A program made the position numbers and the translations under genes. 64,000 bases of DNA from the IMG/VR virus record IMGVR_UViG_3300042545_000821, positions 1 to 64,000 of that record; one strand, given 5' to 3'. The stretch is from a virus. Its lineage: Duplodnaviria; Caudoviricetes. Numbering within the stretch: position 1 is the stretch's first letter; the number at the start of each line of letters is the position of its first letter. Under the pieces are notes generated by a model. That model was not told where the DNA came from. It made no database searches and was given only the letters and a program-made list of their open reading frames with translations. Shown in pieces: positions 9,138 through 18,087 of this stretch.

Positions 9138-9404
9138 TTAAACCTTCTGTCCAGCAAAGATCTCATCAATCTTTTCTACATCAAAGGCGCCGTCTATGCG
9201 GTTAACCATGTTGCCTCCGTTAAAAAAGATAAATGTAGGTACTGCCCCAACTCGGTTTATTTCTGCCGCGTCCTTATCTTCGTCAAAGTCAATCTTTACA
9301 TACTCAACTGTTGGGTTAGCTGTTAGATATTCCTCTATAAGAGGCTTCATCTGCTTGCAGTAGGTGCACCATTCAGCTGTAAAATGCCATAACTCTTTCA
9401 TCAC
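9138..9404 (-). CDS. Thioredoxin
   Basis: FTAEWCTYCKQM active site, VPTF cis-Pro motif. Confidence 0.9.
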   Translation of the reverse strand: MMKELWHFTAEWCTYCKQMKPLIEEYLTANPTVEYVKIDFDEDKDAAEINRVGAVPTFIFFNGGNMVNRIDGAFDVEKIDEIFAGQKV

Positions 9405-9769
9405 CAGAATCCTTGGTCTTGTGCGTTACGCAGGGTTCCTTGGTAGCCTGCTTGGGATGCAGTAAAGTCTACCCTAGTTGGCTGGAAGGTTTCATCCACA
9501 TTCATAACGTCGCGTATACCAAGAACTCGGGTACGATACCCAAATCTAGGTGGGAGCATCTGTATAGTAGGTATAGTTGGTCGTACCAAACGCTGTAAAG
9601 CGTGGCCCGGCATAGTTACAGAGTTTAGCGCTTGCGAAATAAGCTGCTCTTGCTTATTAGCAAAAGGGCCCATATAGTCATAACGAATACCAAGATCTTC
9701 TTCTTCATTGCGAGTTCCTACAATTTGTCGAGGTTTAGTATGGTCATAGATGGAGTCTTGTGAGTTCAC
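9401..9769 (-). CDS. Hypothetical protein
   Basis: ORF track, overlapping start/stop with neighbours. Confidence 0.65.
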   Translation of the reverse strand: MNSQDSIYDHTKPRQIVGTRNEEEDLGIRYDYMGPFANKQEQLISQALNSVTMPGHALQRLVRPTIPTIQMLPPRFGYRTRVLGIRDVMNVDETFQPTRVDFTASQAGYQGTLRNAQDQGFW

Positions 9770-10026
9770 TTAACTTGACCGCCTTCAAAATTAGCAGTGT
9801 CATTTTTTCGTGAACGAGGGGGTTTTCTAGGTGCAAGAGGTATTCCCTGACTTAACTTACCAAGCACGCTTTCAATCTCTGATTGAGAATATCTTTTGTG
9901 GCCTCCCGGGCTTACGCCTACACCTTTTAAATTTACAGCATGACGACGTACAGTCTTTGGGCTAACACGCCATTTTTTTGCAACTTCTCGTGTAGTGTAA
10001 AAGGGCTCGTCGTTTTCTAGTGCCAT
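9766..10026 (-). CDS. MerR/excisionase-like helix-turn-helix DNA-binding protein
   Basis: YTTREVAKKWRVSPKTVRR...SPGGHKRYSQSEI; likely start MALEND at 10026. Confidence 0.75.
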   Translation of the reverse strand: MALENDEPFYTTREVAKKWRVSPKTVRRHAVNLKGVGVSPGGHKRYSQSEIESVLGKLSQGIPLAPRKPPRSRKNDTANFEGGQVK

Positions 10027-10027
10027 A

Positions 10028-10573
10028 TTAATTCCAATGTGGTCGTAAGTGAGAGAACTGCTGAGCAAGTCTAGGATTAAACTCTGCAGGCACGTTTGCT
10101 GAGATATTAGCTTTACCGTCGTTTACCAATTTAGGGGCCGGAGCTAGGTTCTGATTTGGGGTGTATCGAGGAATGGTCATAGTAATTGCGCCGTCATTTT
10201 CAGCCATAGAGTAAAGATTTTGTTTTACTCTACGATCTGGGCGTAAATCTTCTGGCCACATATATTGACCTGGATCAATGCGCTCGCCTTTGTGTACTCC
10301 ACGTTGGTAAGCGCGTTGATTTGTTCTGTTCTTTAAAGAATCTAATACTGTATCTGATACAGCGTAAGGTTTGCCTTTATCATCACGGCGTGAACGTATA
10401 GTTCCTAGATAGCCGTCTGGGTATTCCGCTTGTGGAACACGACCAATACCTAAGCGCTGGTAGTCAAGGTCGCTTCGTGGTACCACTGGGGTACCATTTC
10501 CACCAGTGGTGGTGTAAGCGCCTTGATAACCATTAGCACCAAGGTATTGCCAGTTTTGATGTGATTGAGGCAT
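10028..10573 (-). CDS. Hypothetical protein
   Basis: ORF track; TAAACT 6 nt before ATG suggests a leaderless transcript. Confidence 0.7.
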   Translation of the reverse strand: MPQSHQNWQYLGANGYQGAYTTTGGNGTPVVPRSDLDYQRLGIGRVPQAEYPDGYLGTIRSRRDDKGKPYAVSDTVLDSLKNRTNQRAYQRGVHKGERIDPGQYMWPEDLRPDRRVKQNLYSMAENDGAITMTIPRYTPNQNLAPAPKLVNDGKANISANVPAEFNPRLAQQFSHLRPHWN

Positions 10574-10591
10574 GCCTTAAGTTTACTTCTT

Positions 10592-10870
10592 CTACTTAGC
10601 TTTGGCTTTCTTAGCGGCCTTCTTATTTGAGTTTGCCAAAACAGCAGCTAATTGCTTCTCAACCTCAGGCAAAGCGAGCTTTACAAGACCAAATGCTGGG
10701 TCCTTTGGGTTTACGGCGCGAATTGCTACTGGCAGGATTGCTGCTAGTCCGGCTGCGATGAGTCCCTTTGGGTCAGTGTTTCCAGTGCTCCATAGAGCTA
10801 CGGCTGCTGCAAGAAATGAGCGCCCATATGATGCGAGCATTGCTATGATTTTTGGATCTAGCTTCTTCAT
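10592..10870 (-). CDS. Putative holin (actinophage type)
   Basis: Two hydrophobic segments, YGRSFLAAAVA...RAVNPKDPAFG, basic C-tail. Confidence 0.6.
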   Translation of the reverse strand: MKKLDPKIIAMLASYGRSFLAAAVALWSTGNTDPKGLIAAGLAAILPVAIRAVNPKDPAFGLVKLALPEVEKQLAAVLANSNKKAAKKAKAK

Positions 10871-10872
10871 GA

Positions 10873-11115
10873 TTATTCCTTATCTACTTTCTTTACTAAT
10901 ATAGTAAAGAGATCATCTAACCTTTTTGATTGAGCTTCTTGACTTTTTTCTAGACGATTAACTGCGTCCTTAACTGAACTGCCCCCGTTTGGTTTTAATT
11001 CTGAGAAGTAATCAACAACAAGTCTTTTTACCATTCTAGTAACCCTCAACTCTAATATTCCAAGAATTGTAAAGGTTCCAATAACTGCGGTAAAAGCGAA
11101 CTCAACATTAGACAT
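10873..11115 (-). CDS. Membrane protein typical of actinophage lysis regions
   Basis: N-terminal TM helix, ELKPNGGSSVKDAVNRLE, coiled coil. Confidence 0.6.
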   Translation of the reverse strand: MSNVEFAFTAVIGTFTILGILELRVTRMVKRLVVDYFSELKPNGGSSVKDAVNRLEKSQEAQSKRLDDLFTILVKKVDKE

Positions 11116-11189
11116 TAAGTTATCCTAAAAGTAAGGGGCAGGTGTACTGGCCTATCATGCAGTACACGTGGTCAGTACGTCACGCTAAA

Positions 11190-12359
11190 CTAGGTAAGAA
11201 CTATTAATTCTCTTCTAGGATCTACGCCGTCTCCTACAACCATAGACACTATTCCTGGAGCGCTTTCTAGCCCAGACTTATCTCTAAACCAAGCAGATCC
11301 GTTATCCATTGCAGGGTTTTGTACAAATAATCTAGGGCCAACGCTTTGGGCGTGGTAATGGTGGTAGTGCCCAACGTTTAGTATGTCAGCCTGCGCTACA
11401 GCACATCGACCCATAGCTTGACCTCCCCACCATTTAATCATGTCACGAGCTTGATGGCCATGAGCCATGCCGTACATGACCCCACTTAAATTCACAGCTA
11501 TAGTCATGTCATCTGCTGCAGGATATCTAAACTCTACGCGATCTCGCAAAAAATCGTTTTCTTTACAAATATCTTCAACTTGAGAGACTACTTCAATCTG
11601 CCAAGAGTCTTCTGGCCTACCTAATAAAAATCTTTGAACTTCATCATGGTTCCCAGGAACAACCGGAATAATAAGCTTTGGTGATAGAGGAGCTAATGCC
11701 TTGACTTGAGCTAGTAACATTCTACGACCAACGCGTACCTGCTCTGATACGCCAATATCGTGTCGACCCATTACTTTACCTTTTTGACTTGTCATTCCTT
11801 CAATACAGTCACCGAGTTGTGGTAATGCAATTTGACCAATGGAATACTTTTTTGCTAAATACTTGTGATGATCTACTGCAGAATTAAAAGATTTTAATAC
11901 TCTATCTATAATTGATGGGGTGTCGTCTTTTCCATATTGAGTGTCGCCTATGCTGTATACAGCTGTTAAATCTCCTGAAGCAGATACAACTTTACTTGGC
12001 GACCACTTAGTTATTCCCATTAACAATTGTTCTAAATCATAATCAGGTCTGGTATTTACTCTCGAAGGAACTACATTGACTCTAAATGACTCTAACCAAT
12101 CACCGTTAAACGTTTGCCAACGTGATCTACGATGAGAAACTACTACCCACTCTGCTGGGTCTAGTTTTGCCTCTATTAATATTTCTTCTGCGCCGGGAGT
12201 ATTACCATCTGGTCTTGGAGTTGAAATAACAAAGCCACCCTCTGTACCTATTTCAGAACGTGGTCGCCACGCTTCTGGAATATTTTTGTTGGCTTTATCT
12301 GAACCTTGATTACCAGCTTGAATTATTGAATCATAATCATCTGCTAAAGACATACACAA
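11190..12359 (-). CDS. Calcineurin-like metallophosphoesterase
   Basis: GDTQ, LGDCIEG, PGNHD, HGH, GHYHH motifs. Confidence 0.85.
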   Translation of the reverse strand: MCMSLADDYDSIIQAGNQGSDKANKNIPEAWRPRSEIGTEGGFVISTPRPDGNTPGAEEILIEAKLDPAEWVVVSHRRSRWQTFNGDWLESFRVNVVPSRVNTRPDYDLEQLLMGITKWSPSKVVSASGDLTAVYSIGDTQYGKDDTPSIIDRVLKSFNSAVDHHKYLAKKYSIGQIALPQLGDCIEGMTSQKGKVMGRHDIGVSEQVRVGRRMLLAQVKALAPLSPKLIIPVVPGNHDEVQRFLLGRPEDSWQIEVVSQVEDICKENDFLRDRVEFRYPAADDMTIAVNLSGVMYGMAHGHQARDMIKWWGGQAMGRCAVAQADILNVGHYHHYHAQSVGPRLFVQNPAMDNGSAWFRDKSGLESAPGIVSMVVGDGVDPRRELIVLT

Positions 12360-12589
12360 TCTCCTTGTCGGTGGTCACGAACAGCGGTTTTGCCAAACGT
12401 GCCGCCAGCACGACGGAGCAATAAAAATAAATCTTTTGTACTTAGGTCGTCATCTTCTATGGCGAGGTCTAATGCTTTTTTATCTTCTTCAGAAAGGGTA
12501 GCTGCCCATTGCCCTACAATACAGGCTTTTGAAATGCCTATTGTTTTTACTTCTGCGTAAAGATCTTGCAACGACATATCTTCCTCCAA
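12344..12589 (-). CDS. Hypothetical protein
   Basis: ORF track; C...HRQGDCVC possible metal site; overlaps phosphoesterase start. Confidence 0.65.
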   Translation of the reverse strand: MEEDMSLQDLYAEVKTIGISKACIVGQWAATLSEEDKKALDLAIEDDDLSTKDLFLLLRRAGGTFGKTAVRDHRQGDCVCL

Positions 12590-12604
12590 ATTTAGTCCAA
12601 TTGC

Positions 12605-12643
12605 AGTACTAGGCCCTAGAGGAGTCCTCTAAGACCTAGCACT
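12605..12643 (-). terminator. Long intergenic hairpin (possible U-less terminator or leader structure)
   Basis: Minus strand AGTGCTAGGTCTTAGAGG-ACT-CCTCTAGGGCCTAGTACT, 18 bp with 3 G-U pairs that form only on the minus-strand RNA. Confidence 0.5.
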
Positions 12644-12656
12644 AGCATACAACGAA

Positions 12657-13025
12657 TTAGTAAGAAGTGCTAGCTCCATCGCTGAAGTTAGGATTAGTAC
12701 GCATTGTTGCAGATTTAAAGATTCGACCATTAGCTTGAGTAAAGCCCGCCTCAGGAGAGGTTTGCTTCATGTAGTTAGAGCTAATCCGGTACTGAGCTCC
12801 CTGACGGTCTGAGTTAGACGCTGGTACGTTACTACGAATACCCATAGGCTGTGCGTACGGGTCGCCAGCTGCTGTGTTCTTCTTTTTAATAAGTGTGCCA
12901 GCTTGTGGTGACGCGGATGGAGAAGTAAACTTAACTCCATCTTTGTTCATAGGCTTACGTGGTGCGCCAGTCTTTGCCATTCCGGCTAAAGATTCCTCTG
13001 GGCTAGGATTTGATGATTTGGCCAT
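12657..13025 (-). CDS. Hypothetical low-complexity protein
   Basis: ORF track, AAGGAAG RBS. Confidence 0.65.
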   Translation of the reverse strand: MAKSSNPSPEESLAGMAKTGAPRKPMNKDGVKFTSPSASPQAGTLIKKKNTAAGDPYAQPMGIRSNVPASNSDRQGAQYRISSNYMKQTSPEAGFTQANGRIFKSATMRTNPNFSDGASTSY

Positions 13026-13062
13026 ATCTACTTCCTTTAAGGTTGAGTTGAGATCTCAGAAA

Positions 13063-13344
13063 CTAGTTTACGCTAATTGTAAAAACTATGGCGCTAATCT
13101 GCCCGTCTCTTGAATCTACCGTAGTAAATCCTGGGCGGCAAGTTAGGTCAAGTCCTCTAGGAGCAACGTAACCCCTAGCAATAGCCATTGCTTTAACAGC
13201 TTGGTTTACTGCAGAAGCCCCAACAGCACGTAATTTTACGGTTGGGTTTTCATACAGGGCGTGGGCTATAGCTGACCCCACAGATTGAGCATTAGACCCT
13301 GCGCTTACACGCAAGAACTTTTCTTCTTCGTTTTGGTCTGTCAC
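13063..13344 (-). CDS. spoVS: Stage V sporulation protein S family protein
   Basis: LRVSAGSNAQSVGSAIA...LRAVGASAVNQAVKAMAIARGYVAPRGLDL...PGF...ISAIVF matches the SpoVS pattern. Confidence 0.9.
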   Translation of the reverse strand: MTDQNEEEKFLRVSAGSNAQSVGSAIAHALYENPTVKLRAVGASAVNQAVKAMAIARGYVAPRGLDLTCRPGFTTVDSRDGQISAIVFTISVN

Positions 13345-13393
13345 AAGTAGTGTTCCTTTGGTATCGATTAGTAATCGCCCTCAGGAATAAGTA

Positions 13394-13993
13394 TTAAGGC
13401 TTTTCTCTATATTTGGGGTCTAAAACGTTTTTTATTATCTGCTTTTCATAGGCCAGATCAGCTTCCCCCGCCGCTAGTCTAGCTAGGGAATAAGAGTCTG
13501 CAGCGTTGTCATCCATGAACTCAACCCCCCACTTCTTGTATACATTGAGGAGAATCTGGTTTTTTTGTACTCCGGTTCCTTTACCGGTTACATACTTCTT
13601 AAGAACTGATGGAGGAATTATTAAAGGGTATTTAGCGTCGTCTACATTATAGAACCAGCACTTCAACTCTAACTTGACCATACCGCCAAGTTCTCCCGCC
13701 ATATGGGCCATCTGAGCTCCGTAGGAGTATCCCTCCATGGCCGCACCCTTTACATTAATAACCCGATCTCCCAGGAAATCACCAACGAAAGCCTGTATTG
13801 AGGATAGGCGTTCTACGCCACGCCCCTGTCCCTGGAACACCTCGGTGTAATAAGCTCCGTCTTTTGAATAAGCGGTTATAGCGAATCCACTATATGACTG
13901 ATCTATACCTATGTACTTATCGCACGGATGGTCTAATGGTAATCCACCGTCAATTATCTTAGGATTCTGTTTTGGCACGACGCTCGCGCTCAT
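13394..13993 (-). CDS. ruvC: RuvC-like Holliday junction resolvase
   Basis: IGIDQS, EGYSYG, LKKYVTGKG...KNQI, DDNAADS. Confidence 0.8.
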   Translation of the reverse strand: MSASVVPKQNPKIIDGGLPLDHPCDKYIGIDQSYSGFAITAYSKDGAYYTEVFQGQGRGVERLSSIQAFVGDFLGDRVINVKGAAMEGYSYGAQMAHMAGELGGMVKLELKCWFYNVDDAKYPLIIPPSVLKKYVTGKGTGVQKNQILLNVYKKWGVEFMDDNAADSYSLARLAAGEADLAYEKQIIKNVLDPKYREKP

Positions 13994-14258
13994 CTATAAC
14001 CATCTGCACTGTGCCAAAGTATCCGGCACCATCTACAAGGTTATCTCGCTTAGGTAAATAAGATTCCCTAGCTAACTTTACTCCGACCATACAGAGTCCG
14101 ACTTGTTCAGGGGTGACTTCTCGCCCCAGTACAACAGACCAGATAGCAGCAATGCGGCTGAAATTATCCAAAGGGTGGTCGTAGCTAGAGTTACGATCAC
14201 TAGTGATGAGGCGTTGGGCTTCTTCAAGGATAGTCTCATGGGGTGAATTTTCTAGCAC
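13959..14258 (-). CDS. DUF6378-like (dNTP diphosphohydrolase-related) protein
   Basis: ILEEA..LI..DR..SY.HP.DNF.RIA.IWS...VKLAR...DNLVDGAGY; likely GTG start at 14258 after GGAGG. Confidence 0.7.
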   Translation of the reverse strand: MLENSPHETILEEAQRLITSDRNSSYDHPLDNFSRIAAIWSVVLGREVTPEQVGLCMVGVKLARESYLPKRDNLVDGAGYFGTVQMVIDERERRAKTES

Positions 14259-14718
14259 GAGATCTAAACCCTCCTCCATCTGAAGTGCGTCGTGTAAGTT
14301 CTCTTGATACAACTTGCGAATCTCTTTCAACATTTTCCGCCCTCGTTTCTAGTAACTTTCTAAATGCGTACTTAATATCTAAATCATGTTTAAGCTCTTC
14401 AACTTCTGGGCTAATAGTAATAGTTGCTTTAGCAACAGCAACCCTGTCATTTTTTCCGCCTTGCCAATTATCTATCATGCACCTAGCTTCAACAGAGTCT
14501 ACCGCCCTCTCAGCCTCTCGCTCATTTATTACTGCTATTGCCCTAGCTCCAGATAAATGATCATTCCATTGAGTAAACTGAACAAAGAGATCCATAAGAC
14601 CTTCGTCATCTAACTCTGTTATATCCCTAGGTAAATTTGGTATTTCAAAATCTGGCTTTGCTGAAAGTGTTATGCCTAATTCAGATAACGACTCTAATAC
14701 TTTTCTACTGATGCTCAT
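14236..14718 (-). CDS. Coiled-coil protein, possibly UvsY-like recombination mediator
   Basis: All-helical 160 aa within recombination cluster; function inferred from context. Confidence 0.4.
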   Translation of the reverse strand: MSISRKVLESLSELGITLSAKPDFEIPNLPRDITELDDEGLMDLFVQFTQWNDHLSGARAIAVINEREAERAVDSVEARCMIDNWQGGKNDRVAVAKATITISPEVEELKHDLDIKYAFRKLLETRAENVERDSQVVSRELTRRTSDGGGFRSRARKFTP

Positions 14719-15590
14719 TTATCCCCCTTAAATGGCTCACAACGTTTGCAGCCCTTTGTTGCGTCAATACTACACACAGGCGGCCTATTATTGTCTACCG
14801 CCCACACTACGTCAAGTGCGTTGTCAAAGATCTCTTTTACGAACTCAGGGTTGTAGGCAACAGAAAACTCTTTATAGTCTTGGTTTGACTTTAACTCGTA
14901 GATAAAAACTATTTCTTCTGGCGCAGACTCTAGAGTGCCCTCTTCAACCATAAGGTGGGCTAGGTGTAGGTATACCTGTCCTTGGAGTATATGTGATCTA
15001 AATGGTTGCCTAATATTTTTCCAAGCAGCGTCTAGATCAGCACCGCCGTTAAATAGGGCTGGCATCTCCATACGAATTGTTCCAGGACCTACTGACTTAA
15101 TCTCTATTAGAAAGTCTTCCCCGAGTCCCTTTACCCAACCATCAGAATGGCCTGAGATTCTGTGCTTTGGGCTAGATAAAGGGACTTCTCGATACTCATA
15201 AATACTTGTGCCAAGGTTAACCTCGTCAGAGACACCCCAGACATACTTATTGTCTGTATCGCAATACCATTTGCCATAAAGGACGCCCATATCGTTTAAC
15301 CAGCCCTGCCACTTGGCGTGAACAGAATGGCCAACACTAAATATAGAACTAAGTCTGAGAGTAGGCTTCTCTCTAACCTCAACATAATTTCCATTTAATG
15401 CGTGATAGGCTGCAAGAGCGCACCACTCAGGTTTAATTATGTCAGAGGGGTGGAGCACGTCCTGCGAACGCTCATCAAAAGGTTGAGCAAGCATATGACG
15501 TTCCATATACCCCAATAAACGAGTCTCTCGCTTATTAGCATCTAAGAAAGCTTTAAGCTTCTTACTAGAGACTGTTTGAGATTTTGCCAC
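14715..15590 (-). CDS. Cas4-like PD-(D/E)XK exonuclease
   Basis: HPS...WC, GHSDG, IEIKS, QxxxY, C-terminal C-x7-CxxC. Confidence 0.8.
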   Translation of the reverse strand: MAKSQTVSSKKLKAFLDANKRETRLLGYMERHMLAQPFDERSQDVLHPSDIIKPEWCALAAYHALNGNYVEVREKPTLRLSSIFSVGHSVHAKWQGWLNDMGVLYGKWYCDTDNKYVWGVSDEVNLGTSIYEYREVPLSSPKHRISGHSDGWVKGLGEDFLIEIKSVGPGTIRMEMPALFNGGADLDAAWKNIRQPFRSHILQGQVYLHLAHLMVEEGTLESAPEEIVFIYELKSNQDYKEFSVAYNPEFVKEIFDNALDVVWAVDNNRPPVCSIDATKGCKRCEPFKGDK

Positions 15591-15905
15591 TTATTTTTCC
15601 TTTTCTAACCATTCATCCAGGGTAAGGCCTTGTTTTTCATACTTACGTTTCATAGCATTACGTTCTCTGTGGGACATGCCCCCAAAAATTCCATGAAGTT
15701 CGTCGTTATTTACAGCTTCACTTAAACATTGCTTGCGAACAGGGCAGGCAGACTTACCGTCTTTGCCCCAACATATCGCCTTAGCTTTGTCTGCAATTGG
15801 CTTGTATAGTGCTTTGTCTCTTGGTGGAAAAAAGATTTCAGTGTCTTCGCCACGACACTTTGCATCATATCTCCAAGCCCAGGGAGGGTTTTCCCTGTTA
15901 TCCAA
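15591..15905 (-). CDS. whiB: WhiB-family transcription factor
   Basis: AKC..EDTEIFFP, AKAIC, CPVRKQCL, GIFGGMSHRER. Confidence 0.92.
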   Translation of the reverse strand: MDNRENPPWAWRYDAKCRGEDTEIFFPPRDKALYKPIADKAKAICWGKDGKSACPVRKQCLSEAVNNDELHGIFGGMSHRERNAMKRKYEKQGLTLDEWLEKEK

Positions 15906-16223
15906 TTATTCTCCTTGTAGTGAGTTTCGAAGTTCAAAAAAATCCTCCTCTCCAAGTATTACGTAGTTCTCCCCGTCAAGGTGTATACCAAGAATAGGTA
16001 TACGTCCATCAAGAATAGCCTCCGTAGTAATCTTTTTAAGAACATCTGATTTAACCGTGACCTGCTTTTTACCAGTCCACTTGTGCTCAATCAATAGTTC
16101 TTTGTTTCTCACGTCACCTTTTCTAGACCAAAAAGCTCCAGAAGCAGCGGACACAGATCCACCAATTACTTTTGCAAGCCTATTCTCATGCTTGCGCGAC
16201 TGCTTTTGACCTTCAGTCTTCAT
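15906..16223 (-). CDS. Hjc-like PD-(D/E)XK resolvase/endonuclease
   Basis: HENRLA...SGA...KGDV...IEHK. Confidence 0.65.
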   Translation of the reverse strand: MKTEGQKQSRKHENRLAKVIGGSVSAASGAFWSRKGDVRNKELLIEHKWTGKKQVTVKSDVLKKITTEAILDGRIPILGIHLDGENYVILGEEDFFELRNSLQGE

Positions 16224-17265
16224 TGCCGACCATTACAACCGGTTGAGATTTTAAAGTATCAAGAACAGCCCTGCTTAGCTCTTCACTAAGATCTATCTCT
16301 TCACGAAGCGAATCAATCATAGCTTGAGCTCCTTGCCACTTTCGATCACCGTAGTACATCCACCCTCCACGACGATCAATAATCCCGTTAAGGATTCCTA
16401 AAGCAACAATTTCCTTGCCCCTATCATACTCCCCTCCAGGGATAGCTCCCCCACCTGAGAAGTAAAAATCCAGGTAGGCGGTCTGTTGAGGTGGGAAAGT
16501 CTTATTCTTAATAGTTCTTACTCGAATAGTTTGGCCTACTCGTTTCTTTTCTTGGCCGGTACCTACTTCTAGCCACTCATCGCGCTTTACTTCACAACGA
16601 ATGCTGTATGCGTAGTCCTTACCCAGCCCTCCAGGGGTAGTGCGTGGATCTCCATGCATAACCCCAATCTTCATACGGTACTGATTAATCATTAATCCGA
16701 GTACTGGTCGTTCTTCTTCGATGAGGTCTCGTCTGGTAGCTGACGCCACTTTTCTAAAGAACTTATTGGTAATAAGTGCGCCACGACCCACAGTGAATTC
16801 TTCCATAGTCTTTTCATCTTCTGCACTAGGAACCAAGGCAGGTAGAGAATCGATAACGACCATGTCCACAGATTTACTTTCCATAAATTTAATAACCGCT
16901 TCAAAAGCATCCTCCATACTGTTAGTTTCTACTAATAAAACTCGTTCGTTGTCTACCCCGCACATCTCAGCATATTGAGAATCAAAAGCTTCTGCAGCAA
17001 TCCATACGGTAGTAAATTCTGGGTTTAGTTTTTGATTTGCAGCAATAGTTTTAAGTGCAAGAGCAGTCTTGCCATGTGAAGCCTCACCAACTACCTCCAC
17101 CCAATGGTTCATAGGCCAACCCCCACCTAGTACTACATCAAGGGTTAAAGACCCGGTAGTAATTCGCTTAGGTAGTTGAACTTTACTTGCTAGCACTACA
17201 GTACTGTCTCCGTGCTTTTTGTTAATTAAAGCCGCAATTTTTAAAACATCTGAATTTAGTGCCAT
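16213..17265 (-). CDS. recA: RecA recombinase
   Basis: TGSLTLDVVLGGG, GEASHGKT Walker A, VVIDSL, INQYRMKIG, TTPGG, IKNKTFPP. Confidence 0.95.
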   Translation of the reverse strand: MALNSDVLKIAALINKKHGDSTVVLASKVQLPKRITTGSLTLDVVLGGGWPMNHWVEVVGEASHGKTALALKTIAANQKLNPEFTTVWIAAEAFDSQYAEMCGVDNERVLLVETNSMEDAFEAVIKFMESKSVDMVVIDSLPALVPSAEDEKTMEEFTVGRGALITNKFFRKVASATRRDLIEEERPVLGLMINQYRMKIGVMHGDPRTTPGGLGKDYAYSIRCEVKRDEWLEVGTGQEKKRVGQTIRVRTIKNKTFPPQQTAYLDFYFSGGGAIPGGEYDRGKEIVALGILNGIIDRRGGWMYYGDRKWQGAQAMIDSLREEIDLSEELSRAVLDTLKSQPVVMVGNED

Positions 17266-17654
17266 TATTGAATCCTATCTACTATGACGTTTGGTTTAAA
17301 GCCTGATCCTTGATTAGGTTGTTTAGCTGGTATTGCTGCACCGCCGCTAGAACTAGTAGAGATTACTCCACTTCCAGCCTGTACCAAAGGATACCCACAA
17401 TCATAGCAACGCATCAAATTGGTTCCTGGAGGCGACATATAATTTCCTGAGTTACACCCCGGACAACGGTTGCTTTGACGAGAACTTTGAGCTTTACTCA
17501 TAGTTTGGTCGTTAGTTTGATCGTACGTAACTTGTACATTTGGGTTTCCAGGTTGATGAGTATAGGGCAGGTTAACGGGGGGACTAGTTCGTGGAGTAGC
17601 GCTAGTGTTAGGTTGGGTGCTTAATTTCTTAGACCACCAATCGTTATTCGTCAT
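17265..17654 (-). CDS. Zinc-ribbon protein
   Basis: CPGC...CYDC. Confidence 0.65.
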   Translation of the reverse strand: MTNNDWWSKKLSTQPNTSATPRTSPPVNLPYTHQPGNPNVQVTYDQTNDQTMSKAQSSRQSNRCPGCNSGNYMSPPGTNLMRCYDCGYPLVQAGSGVISTSSSGGAAIPAKQPNQGSGFKPNVIVDRIQ

Positions 17655-18087
17655 TGTTTGATACCACCTTTGTTTCTAGTAAGCCGAGATTCATTAAAGT
17701 TGAAATGCAAGATACTGAAGATGACATAGAGACTAATTTAAATAACCTAGTTAATTCTTCTAACGCCTCTTCGCTACCTGGGACAGAACTATTAACAAGA
17801 TCTGCCTCTATAGAGTATGCTGCACAAGCAATTTGTGCGGCTATGTCAGCATGAGAGTCTATAAAAGGAAGTAGTGCGGAGAACTGTGAGATTCGTTCTT
17901 CACTTGCCCGTATTTCCATCTCTGAGACTTCATCAGATATTGGTTCTAGCCCCATCATTGTTGAGATCTTATCTGCAGAGTCAAAGATTGAATCATAAAT
18001 TACCTGGCGTATAAGTATTGGCATAGATACGTTAACTACATGATCTACGATGTCATACTTTTCTTTACGTCTTTTAAATGGCCACAT
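17644..18087 (-). CDS. Hypothetical protein
   Basis: ORF track, adjacent to polA stop. Confidence 0.65.
   Translation of the reverse strand: MWPFKRRKEKYDIVDHVVNVSMPILIRQVIYDSIFDSADKISTMMGLEPISDEVSEMEIRASEERISQFSALLPFIDSHADIAAQIACAAYSIEADLVNSSVPGSEEALEELTRLFKLVSMSSSVSCISTLMNLGLLETKVVSNNDE

Noticed and set aside
14715-15590. Cas4-like gene as part of a CRISPR-Cas system
   Set aside because: No cas1/cas2 or array; solo Cas4-like nucleases are common in phage recombination modules
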